Shown here: positions 1-10,500 of the stretch, piece by piece | Layout of the letters: each line of letters begins with the position of its first letter | Numbering within the stretch: the stretch's first letter is position 1 | Assembly: GCA_040285825.1 (NCBI GenBank) | Contig: JAUPSS010000004.1 | Location: 6,843,604-6,907,603, forward strand | From: Eukaryota sp. TZLM1-RC | Lineage: Eukaryota > Protista > Metamonada: BaSk clade | DNA length: 64,000 bases | Direction: 5' to 3' | The notes under the pieces: model-generated | The model's input: only the letters and a program-made list of their open reading frames with translations | Told to the model about the DNA's origin: nothing | Database searches by the model: none | Position numbers and translations under genes: made by a program

Positions 1-2210
1 TCAAAACCTTTAAATGTAGAGGGCTTCTCTTCCTGAAGACCACAAATTTTGGAAAAAGGCATTCCTAGGCCTCTTCCACGAGGTTTCATTTTGGGATTGG
101 CAAGTGAGTTTTTAACACTTCGTATAATTTGACTTTTGACTTGACTATTTGATTTTAAAGAAGAATTCAAATTCAATATCCTCTCTGCTACCACATCTGT
201 TGCCGTAGACCAAATAGAGGCCATCTTCTTGAAGTAAGAGTCGAACAAATCAATAATATTTTGGACTTGCTGTTCATTGTCCACAGATAGGCTGAAAATT
301 GTCAACAGAGATCTTAGAGGTTCTAATAAATGTCTGATTGTTTTTGAAGTGATTGAACCTTTGAAAATAACTTCCACACAATTCTCAAATGCAGAAACAT
401 CTTCAGAAAGTTTACCAAGAATAATACCAGTGATTGGAAACTTAAAGGCTAGGATAGAATCTGCAAAGAACGCAGCAAAATCAGATACAAAATTCTGTAC
501 AACTTTGCTGACGGCACTTGGTTCCAAAGTATTAACCAAGGGAGAAAGCAAAACACGAAGACCACCAGCAAAATCTCGTAATGAAGGTCCATCACTTTCG
601 GAATAGTAATCAAAAAGTTCCTTGACTTCTTGCGAAGCCACATTGACAGCTGATAAGGAAATGTGGCGAAGTACAATTGCATTACCATGAAGCAGTTGAT
701 CCGTGGCGTGATCCCAACTCGAAATATTCACTCTTGGAGCAGCTTCTTCAAGTGATTTTATCTCATTATTCATATTATTCACCACTTTGCTGAAATTATT
801 TGCAAGACAACATAAATTATGTAATGAAATATCCTGATATTCACCAAAAACCCATGACTTAACCAAAGAAACGTACAAAACCACCTGACGACTGCATAAA
901 TCAATTACTAATTGGAAAAACTGACCCCTATCTTGTCTTAAATGGAGAGAAAGGGTTTGTACAATTAAACGCAGAATGTCTGTACAAGCAGGGGTTGTCG
1001 GAAGTTGATGACGTTTCATCTTCATTGACCCTGCTTGACCAGTCAGAATTGATTGTCTGTCGGTTTTACAAATACTTCTAATCCAAGAAGATAGCTGGTT
1101 TTCCAGCTGAGCCAAATATTTTTCACTAGCTGGTTTAATAGAATCCATCAAAGGAGGGGAGAGTTTTGTAACCAAATCATTACCAAACCTAGAAAGATTT
1201 GAGTAGTAACTACCAATCCATTTGACAGTAACTAGTATTTCATCAGCAGGAACTTCTGATTGGGAAATTGAAACAGAAATAGAATATAATTGCTTTGACA
1301 ATTGAGAATGTAGTTTAAAAGTCAATAAGAACAAAGGATCAATTTGAGGTAATTCAGTAATAAATAATGGAGATAAAAACCTTGAAACCAATTCTAAATC
1401 AGTTTCCAAAAGTTCCGCATGGTTTAATATTTCACCATAAGAATGTTGTTCAATCTCATCATTGGTGACGTCATCATTGGAGAATTGATTGGAGTCGAGA
1501 ACTGAATTACATCTTTGCTCAAAACAAAGGTCCAATTTGCTTTTGAATTCATTAAACATCGGTGACTCCACGCCCTCTCTTTGAAGAATTCTCAAGACTT
1601 GTGCAATCAAATCAGGTTGATTTTGAGCTAATGTAATGATTGATGACGTCATGGACAAAACCACCTCAGACAGTTTGGTTCGAAGATCGTCAATCGTTCG
1701 TAGTGAATCATTTATATAAAACCTATTTGCGTCTGGTACACCTTCCAAAAATGAATCTCTTCTTCCTTCCAAGTCCACGAGCTTCACGTGTAATTCATCC
1801 AAAGCAGAAGAAGAAATAGAATTAAGATCCTGGGTGATTAGTTGGAGGTCTTGAAAAGTGGAAGAAACATCAGAGAGCAGCTGACCAAATCTCTCAACAT
1901 CTTGTAAAGTAACCTTCATGTTGTGACGAGCCCTAGATACTTTGGCTACCAATGCAAACCAATCATTGCCATGAAGCAGTTCATTGACTTGGTTGGAGCA
2001 GTCACATATGATTTTAGAAGAAGTATAGAGATTAGATGCATGGTTATAAGATGTGTGGAGTGCTTGTAAACCCTGTTCAACTGTTTCAAAGAACGTTTGT
2101 AAGTCTGTTGCTAGGCGTTCATGAAGTTCCCGGAGAGAGTTCTCTTTGTGTAGAATAATGTTGTCAAGATTGGCAATGGTAACATTTGAAGGATCTTGTA
2201 AGAACTCCAT
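1..2210 (-). CDS. SEC6: Exocyst component Sec6/EXOC3 (3' end runs off window)
   Basis: Not in the ORF track because it has no stop within the window. Manual translation from ATG 2210 (MEFLQDPSN...) is open to position 1. Sec6-like motifs: HNMKVTLQDVERF, LHVKLVDLEGRRD, LAQNQPDLIAQVLRILQRE, LCCLANN. Confidence 0.75.
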   Translation of the reverse strand, partial: MEFLQDPSNVTIANLDNIILHKENSLRELHERLATDLQTFFETVEQGLQALHTSYNHASNLYTSSKIICDCSNQVNELLHGNDWFALVAKVSRARHNMKVTLQDVERFGQLLSDVSSTFQDLQLITQDLNSISSSALDELHVKLVDLEGRRDSFLEGVPDANRFYINDSLRTIDDLRTKLSEVVLSMTSSIITLAQNQPDLIAQVLRILQREGVESPMFNEFKSKLDLCFEQRCNSVLDSNQFSNDDVTNDEIEQHSYGEILNHAELLETDLELVSRFLSPLFITELPQIDPLFLLTFKLHSQLSKQLYSISVSISQSEVPADEILVTVKWIGSYYSNLSRFGNDLVTKLSPPLMDSIKPASEKYLAQLENQLSSWIRSICKTDRQSILTGQAGSMKMKRHQLPTTPACTDILRLIVQTLSLHLRQDRGQFFQLVIDLCSRQVVLYVSLVKSWVFGEYQDISLHNLCCLANNFSKVVNNMNNEIKSLEEAAPRVNISSWDHATDQLLHGNAIVLRHISLSAVNVASQEVKELFDYYSESDGPSLRDFAGGLRVLLSPLVNTLEPSAVSKVVQNFVSDFAAFFADSILAFKFPITGIILGKLSEDVSAFENCVEVIFKGSITSKTIRHLLEPLRSLLTIFSLSVDNEQQVQNIIDLFDSYFKKMASIWSTATDVVAERILNLNSSLKSNSQVKSQIIRSVKNSLANPKMKPRGRGLGMPFSKICGLQEEKPSTFKGF

Positions 2211-2309
2211 TTGTTACAGATATTGTCTATAACAATGAAATAAGTGTCCTTTTTACACCAATGTATGTAGAGGGACTGAGTTTTTGAGAAGTCGAAGATT
2301 TTCTCCTTT

Positions 2310-3160
2310 GAACCTTCATCAACCTTGGCTCTGTGTAGGTATACTGGTCTGTCTCCACCATTTACATGTGCTTCCATCACTGCCAAGTTATTCAGCGAAG
2401 CATTTTGATCTCTATTCCGCAAACTTTCGCATAATTTACACATAGTAAGCCTGTGATGATCAGATTTCTCATGTCTCTTCCTTGGCCTTGGATTTGTGCA
2501 TCATCGGAATGTTTCAACTGTTTTCTCCGCTTTATTACAATTGAAACAGTAATCGAAACTCCTCAGTTAAAAAGACATAACCTTTAACCTGCCTTTTTAA
2601 ATAAAATTCGCAAACCCTTTTCATTAGTTGGTTCTTTGATTTTCATGTGTTTTGTTGTTCCCAGTCTTTGATTCCATCAACTACTTGGCTGGTCATTCCG
2701 TATGCTGTCTCTTATTCTTTTGAATTTGGAACTTTTCGACTCAAGTCTTCGTTGATTTTGAGTGTACCTCAAATTAACTTACTTATCTCAGGTTTTTTCA
2801 AAGGGTCATTGCAGTAGCTAAATTGGCAGAAAGATAGAGTAGATCAGATTTCCCTGGATCAGCAGCAGCAAGGGTCATATCTTGTTATTGAGCAGTATTA
2901 ATGCTGATGTCATCAATATATTTTTCTTTATCTTTCAATTCTTTTGCAGTTACCTTGTATTGTTTCAAGTCAATTCTAGATTGAATGATCCAAAAAATAT
3001 AATTAAATAAATTCATGGTTAATTCTGTATCCCTCAAACAATAAACTGCAACTGCAGTTCTTTTTTGGGATAAGGAAAATCTGAAAAGGGATCATCTTCA
3101 TGAACCTTCCAATACTTTGCACTATACTAAGGATCAAGGTCGATTTTAATTTCCCCTAAA
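2310..3160 (-). pseudogene. Fanzor1-like RuvC nuclease relic (Fz-E)
   Basis: Broken frames give EKYIDD, RuvC-I LAAADPGKSDLLYL, KHMKIKEPTNEKGLRILFKKAG, and CKLC...NRDQNASLN...RPVYLHR (ORF 2111-2443). These are collinear with the 13941-15020 ORF. Many stops and deletions. Confidence 0.8.
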
Positions 3161-3799
3161 AAAATTTTAGAAACTGTTTTTAATTTGCGTGTTTCATAAT
3201 AATTTGTGTAAAAACTACAAGTAATAACAACAAATCAACCAGTAATTAAACTCCATGCGAATTTATCAAAATACAAGAAATTTCACAAGAACAACCAGAC
3301 AATTGAATTGCAAGAAAAGAGGGGGACTACAGGGTACCACTAGTATGTAATTCACTATTACATATATTCCATAACATCATTTAGTTTAGCTCATAAGGCA
3401 AGCCACTAGACCACAGTCCAATTGTGAACTTTATTGAAACAACAATCAGTAAAATAAAAAATGCGTTGCTTTTTAAGCTGTAATACAGGTTCACCTTTTG
3501 TCATCTTCAATTTGAATACTGCTTATCACTTTTGGTCACTTTCAATAGTCAAATTAAAATACAGTACAGTACAGATGGGTTAAGTGGTCGAAAAAGCTAA
3601 GAAAACGTTGTATAAAAAATATTAAGTTGGTTAAAGAATTAATTACAGAACTTTTACAGTAGGTCAATAACATTTTGTCAGTATTGTTGATGATACGCTT
3701 ATCACCCTTCATACCGTAATAAGAAACATTAACAGGATTGTTGTGGACAAATTGTTGTTGACAATTTCATGTGAATCACGAGTCAGAAAAGGTTATAGC

Positions 3800-5261
3800 T
3801 AGGGTTGCACAAAATACGTCACCGTCGCAGTAACGTGACGTCACAAATATATTATTTTTTACCAATTTATCATTGCTTCCCCTTTATTTTTGTCTTTAAT
3901 TTCCAATTGAATCAATTCATTCATATCAACCATGTCATAATCTTTATGTGGTCTATTTCCAGTTCATCAGCAAATCAACTCAACGTCAATGGAACAAATT
4001 ACGAATCAATCATGCACCCTAATCCTGTATTTTTTCCCGATATCCGTGTTTTAAAACCGGTTGTTCCACTTCCTCCCGTTTGCAAAAGCCCCAAAAACCC
4101 CAAAGTTCAATGCTGCAACTGTGAAATACACTTTTAGTGGTTCCCACACTAGGAATGTCAAACACATTACTGACGGTCGTGGCATTAAAGGCTGTCCTAA
4201 CCCACCAGTGGTTCTGTACAATTTATGAGTTCCTCCTGTCAAACGCCGAAGAGATAACTCCTATCAAGACCTAATGGAAGTTTACAATGCAAATTTTCAA
4301 AAAATATGCAAAGCTGCTCAAGAAAAGTTTTTCCTTTTTGCCTGTGGTGTAACTTTCAACGTTGCAAGAAGTCCTTTTTTCGATGATTTCTGCAGAGAAT
4401 TTTCAGGTGGAAGATTCAAGCCCATTGCCTATAATCGTTTAAAAAATGAGTCCTTGCAACGTTCTGAAAATGAAATTTCAAAACAAATTGGAGATATCAG
4501 CTAACGAAACTTCAGTGACTTTGGTTTCAGATGGCTGGTCCAATCTCAACTTTCACAAATTGTAAACACAGTTTTGGTTTCACCTCAAGGAGCTCGATTT
4601 GTTGAGTCCACTGATGCTTCAAAGGTTCCCCATAATGGGCAATTTATTGTTAAGTACATTGAGAATGCAGTTAATTGTTATGGTCATAAACAAATTATTA
4701 ATATTATTGCTGACTCTGCCAGACCCAATAAAACTGCTCAAAAATGTTTGCAGAATCAAAAAAACCAATTTATTGGGATTTTTGTGTCGCCCACTGCTTG
4801 GATCTACTTCTGGAAGATTTAATACAAATTTCTCACTATAACGACGTTGTTACTGAGGTAAGATACATAATTCAATTTATTAAAAATCATGGTAGATTAT
4901 TGGCATTGTTTAGAGAATATAGCAACTTGGAGCTCACTGATCCCGCTGCACAAGATTTGCGACCAACGTACTAATGCTAGAAAGACTTTTGGAGTGTTCA
5001 CAAGGATTAAAACAGTTGCTAGTTTCTTAAGTTTATTTCATGTGGCGAGATCAGCTAACGAGAAAATTGAAGGAAGCATGTTTGAATATCGAAAGGAAAG
5101 TTGGAAATCCTGATTTTTGGAATACAATTGAAAACGTTCAAAGGATTTGTACTCCAGTACATGATTTCATCAAATTTGTGAATGGAAGTGGAGAATGTAT
5201 TAGTCAAGTTTATTCTAGATCACAGCGAATTGTTGACATAATTGACAACAAAGATCTAGGG
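3800..5261 (+). mobile_element. Degenerate hAT (DUF659-type) DNA transposon, 3' truncated
   Basis: Candidate TIR TAGGGTTGCAC at 3800. BED-finger-like C..C..H..C segment, FACGVTFNVARSPFF, LVSDGWSN, IIADSA and CVAHCLDLLLED across frameshifted ORFs 4274-5264. Confidence 0.75.
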
Positions 5262-6875
5262 TGACAATCATTTCCATCTGGGTGAGGTAGCCCACAAAAT
5301 ACATCTCTGTAATTTTCGAGTAGCACGACTAGGCGTTCCTCGTCCTAATGTCATCCAGGCATATTTTACAGCTTAACTCATCTAAATAATGTCTGAAAGT
5401 GGAGTGCCCAAAATGATTACCTAAGTCTGATGTATTACTCAATTTTTCTATGAATCTAATTGGTTCACAAATTCTGCTATGAAACTCACATTCAGCATTG
5501 AAGATGGTGCGATGCTCGCGATCTCAACTATTGTTAAAACCGTGCTCTGTGCGTAGCTCCAAGGTTTGCAATTAGTCACTTCTGATTAAAAAAATTGTTG
5601 GTACCAGGTATGATCTGAAGCTCGATTCTTACAAACACTTGAGTGGCCAAGCTAACCACATTGAAAGCCAAAACACCACTTGCTCAGCCTAAAGTCGTGG
5701 AGCGAATACCGTTTGCCGATAGGTATTCGACGGTATTATTATCATCTGATTGTCGTATTTTATTTTAAGGCTGAATCCATTGATAATGCTGAAAATGCAG
5801 CTGCATTATCAATTTCGCCTTGTACTTACACGTTGTTAATTGAGTAGTTCAACCAAAGTTGCCCGTTAGAACTTGCTTGATTTTCTGTCACCCTGTATAG
5901 TCTAACACTGTGGATAGAACCCACAGGATTGAACGACTCTCTAAATCTTTTTAATAGATTTAGATGTTTATAATTCGAATCAATCTTGCTCATTTTATAA
6001 ATGGTGTTGATTGAATTATATGTAAGGTTATTAAAACATGTGCTTTCATCTGATCTATTATCACTAGACAACTTACGCTTGTCACCTAAACCACCTCTTC
6101 GTTTTTTGTTGTCTACCCACTACTTAAAAGCACTTGTCTTCAGCGTGCCTATCTGTATTACAGATGCTACACCAATGCCCAGCAGGAATTTGCTTGGGTT
6201 GGTGTTTAGGTTTACCACTACCTCTAAATCCTCTAGGGTGCATTCTTGAGGCACCTCTTGACTGGCTTGGTTCCCTGAACGAAGGTTTGTTACCAAATAA
6301 TATCTTCACATTTGATAACTCCAGGTTCTCAAATTCTTTCAATTTCTGCACGAAGGTTTGTCTATGAGCATATATGACATCGCCCAATTTACAAACGTCC
6401 CTGCTACCTTATGGGAATTCATCAATCCAAATCCCGTAGGTATTTACCAATTGATCGTTAGTATTTTTGTTGATATCCTCTAGGAATATTCTAGCAGGAA
6501 AACAACAGAAGGCTGCCCGTCGGTTTCCGGAATCGCGGTTGACCGTCTTATTATATAAATAAACTGTTCTATAAACGTGTTTCAAATCACTTCGGCAACT
6601 TTTCAAGTAATTTCTGGATACTTTGTCGCACTTAAGGCTTGATTTACCTCGAAATGGTCTTTTACTGGGTGTTTAAAAACAAAAGTTCCCAAATTTTGTG
6701 GTCGGTTAAGTTCGTAGCTTCCTAATTGAGTTTGCCATTGAATCAAGCAAGTACCTTCGATTATTTCGCTAATGTAAAGTAGTCTATCCCATAAAACATG
6801 GTCCTAACGAAATCATATTTGTGTATAGGATGCCCATATTTAGTGATAGGTTGGAAAGGTCTAAAAGGTCCGTCT
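5262..6875 (-). mobile_element. Degenerate Ty3/Gypsy fragment (gag C-terminus, Zn knuckle, protease, RT start), same family as 38185-45087
   Basis: Reverse-complement nucleotide similarity to about 40290-41900. Peptides WCSICNTDRHAEDKCF and SKIDSNYKHLNLLKRFRESFNPVGSIHSVRL match the intact copy. Confidence 0.9.
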
Positions 6876-7515
6876 CAGAAAGTGGATTTTTTTCCAAAAT
6901 TGTGAAGCAGATGGTTTTTGAAAATTAAGAACTTCAGCTGGATGTAAGTTGACCAATTGATTCACGGTTTCATCAGTAACAGGCGCAAGTTCAGAAGAGA
7001 AAAGAGCATTTTTCCAGAACCATATCTCCCACGTAATAAAAGTTTTCGCGCAGTCTTATTTTTAGGTTGTTTCTGTGGAGTGAAAACTTTTTGGGGACGA
7101 GAACTTGATTTCTTTTCAAAAAAAAATTTCCAAATAGAAACCACATCCCATTCTGCTTTTTCAATGCATGATTGAATGTTCCAAATGCAACACAAAATGG
7201 AATGGTGGATTTTGGACTGAGAACATTCGAAATTTTACAAGGCCGTAGTAGAGTATCAAACGAGGCACAAACAGAGCAACAATGAATATTATTTTTCAGA
7301 ACATTATTTTCGGCTTTTTCATTACAAATAGCACAATGATCTGTTTGAGGTGCTGCATTGCAACTATCTGAAATTATTGCATCATTGTCTTCTGCGGTAC
7401 ACTCATCTTTAGGGAGCAAATTTAATTCCAATTAATATAATTCAGCTTGAATCCAGATTTTGAAATATGAACAATTTCCGCTCTCTGTACAATTGCTTTC
7501 ATCACCATCAGTTCG

Positions 7516-10500
7516 ATGAGCAATCCGTCGTCCCATTATTCCCTTACTACAGAGAATGAACGTCGGGTTCGATCATTTTGGGACAAACTTTTTGCCGTGT
7601 TTGACGTGTTGCGTTACCAAAATCATCCATTTCTAACTACTATAGCTCTCTTGATACAGTTGTTCCAGATAATTGGCTTTGTTTTACGCACGACCAAGTT
7701 TCACCCCATTTTTGATATTGGTCCAGTTCTCCGCTATACGTCATTGGCATATTACTTTGATTTTCGTGCTAATTCGAGACTAAGCTTTTTTCTTGGTGGA
7801 GGAGGTTTACTTCTAATCCTAGTGACACTTTTTGGATACTTGTACACACGCGTTAGTAGTCATTCTCGCCATCAATCGTGGTTTATTACCGTCACTCGTC
7901 TTTTGAATGGCACAGTATGCACAGTCCTTTTTATCCCTCTTCTCTCCATCTTTCTCTCATTCATTCCTTGTGGAAGGGTGGTTCCAGATGATCTCTCGCA
8001 TGAGGTACTTACTTTCCATGAAGGTGTTCAGAATTGCTCCTCTACTGTTGGTATCTTTACCCGTGGACTTGCTATCTTCCTTGCCATCCTCCTCTGTCTC
8101 TTTTGCCTTGCCAGAGTGTGCTGTGTAGAAGGTAACGATTCTCCTGCTTCAAAGGCTCCATTCAGTCGATCTTTCAATAGAGTCCAGTTCTTTTCTCTTG
8201 TTTCTATCTTTCTCTTCATGTTTATTTTCTTTCTTTTCCACAATCGCTACTGGCTCTTCAGGTTTACCTATCTCGCTGCTTCTGTCACTTCTACTCTCCT
8301 CTTTCTCTACCATCTCCCTTACTACTCTCGTAGAACAAACTCTAAAGTGGCTGTTGGTTTGGGCATTTGGCTTGGTACTGCTATTGCATTCCTTTTTCAG
8401 TCATTCATCTTCTTGTTTGCGTCAACCAATGTTGTTGTTGATTCGTTCCTTTATTATTCTTTTATGATAATTTCTGCCGTTGGTGCTTGGTATTTAACAT
8501 TAATTAGGTACAGGAAGCTAGAAGAGTTTTTAACTGCTGCCAGATCTGAATTGATTAAGCATGGTGTACTAGATTCTAATTACACCTTAAATGAAGAAGT
8601 TGAGTTGACTGGTTTGGATTATGAGGTTTTTCAAACATCCTCTGTTTTTGAATTGGATGCGCTCTGTCGAATCATGCAGCCCAAGCCTAATTCTTCTGAA
8701 TTTAAAACCACTATTAAATGGATCTTTACCAATCTTGATTATCGTTTCGCAGAATCTGTGGATTTTATTTGCCTGAAATTAAATATTGAAATCAATTTAT
8801 TCAAGGATTCAGTTTCTGCAGCTATTGCCTTCAATTCACTCAAAAACATGGATATTGATCTTCGCATAGATCAGAAGTGCTTAATCCACAGGTTATCTCA
8901 AGAATTAGAAACCCTCCGACGACAGCAGTCAACTGGACAAAGTGTTGACTCATCTTCTTTCCTCCAGCTACAACGCCAGCAAAAGCAAATCGCCTCGCTC
9001 CATAGGGATTGTTTAGAAGCTTTATATGCCTTTTGGAGCAGTCTGTCTTCAAATAAGGTGGACCTGAATGTTTTACCTCCGATTCTTGAAAAAGTTCAGT
9101 CCACAAAAAGAGTAATCGAAAGTTCATTTTCCAAGCTTTTCCATAATTCTGCCGATCACCAGTCTCTTTTGTTAGCTTATGCGAGTTACGTCAGAGAAGT
9201 TGAATGTGACGAAGAAAGGGCCAATGCTATTGAAGAACAAGCTCAGTTGCTATCTGCCAGCGATAAGTCTTCTAGTCATGGAAGTACCTCTTTTTCTGGG
9301 TCGTTGACAATGTCTTCCAAGGACCGTGATAAGCAAAAGAAATCTAAATTATCAGCCATTTCTAAATCAGGTTTTGTTAACAGCAAGAAAAAAAGAAAAT
9401 CTGCAATCAAGATGCTTTCCACATCGATTTTGGTAGCTCTGTCTATTCTTTTGGCAATTTCTATCGGCTCTTACATTGTTTCAGTTACAGTTCTTGGTTT
9501 AGTTGAGGACAAAATGGATCAGCTCTATGAATTGGCTTCTGTTGATATTGTCTCCCGCAATGTTGGTCTTTTTGCCAATAGAATGTACTTAAACCAGTCT
9601 CTTGGTTTTGATATCCGTAATCAGGCCGAAACTGTATTGTTTGAATCCGAACACCTGAACTTCCATTTGAGAAGATTGATTTTACCCAATATTCCTTCCC
9701 AAGATCCCAGCATTTGTCCCAGAGCAGGGGATCGTCAGGTCAATCCCCCTTCAGCAGAAGTACAAGCTGTTCTTAAAGATCCAAGATTTCCTATTGTTTT
9801 TAACAGAGATTTCGTTCCACCTACTGCTGAATCTCAAATACTTTCTACTTTCACCCTTGGTTTGAGACATGCTTTGGAAGCTTCGTTGTTTGCTAAGCGA
9901 GTGATTGATGGTGAAGCAATTACGTTGGTCGGGTTGGATGCTGTTTCGAATAGTTTGACTGGTATTTCGAATGCTGTGGCTTATATGTCTGATTATTTCA
10001 TTGCAGATTCGGATAGTTTTTTTGATTTTTCCTTTATTTTGCAGTTGTTTTTTGTTTTTGTGGTCGTTGTTACTATTTTCGTAATAGGTTTTGTTTTGTT
10101 TGCCAGGTCTTTTTCAAAAATTGCAACAGAACGGGCAGCTATTCTTAATTTATTCCTGTATATTCCCAAGGATGAAGTCAAGCGGATTCTTGAAGACCCT
10201 AAATTTCACTTTAAAACCAAGAAGAAGAAAAGATCAAAAACGTTCAATCAGATTAATGACCTTGATGGAATTCTCGAGACTTCCCGCCAGGAAATCTTTT
10301 CATCTTCCGAAAGTGAAGAAGAGGCTGATAAGAATAAGCCAAAAGCTTTTAGTGTTGAAGAAGAAGAATCCGTTGTGGTAGACATTGAGGAAAACTCTCA
10401 AGAGGTAAAGTTTGTCTCTTTAAGTTTGAGGATAATAATGTCTACTGTTTGTATTTTTGTCTTCATCTTAATCGCGCTAATTCTTTTATTTAGCCAAAAT

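Noticed and set aside
3800-5261. hAT transposase as cognate partner of adjacent Fz-E
   Set aside because: The hAT TIR candidate at 3800 lies between them, placing the Fanzor outside the hAT element; no enclosing TIR or TSD was seen.
6962-7431. Minus-strand ORFs with CxxC pairs and LLLRGRYGSGK (P-loop-like)
   Set aside because: Fragmentary, Walker A lacks S/T, and no further helicase or ATPase motifs are present. It may be a TE relic but cannot be assigned.
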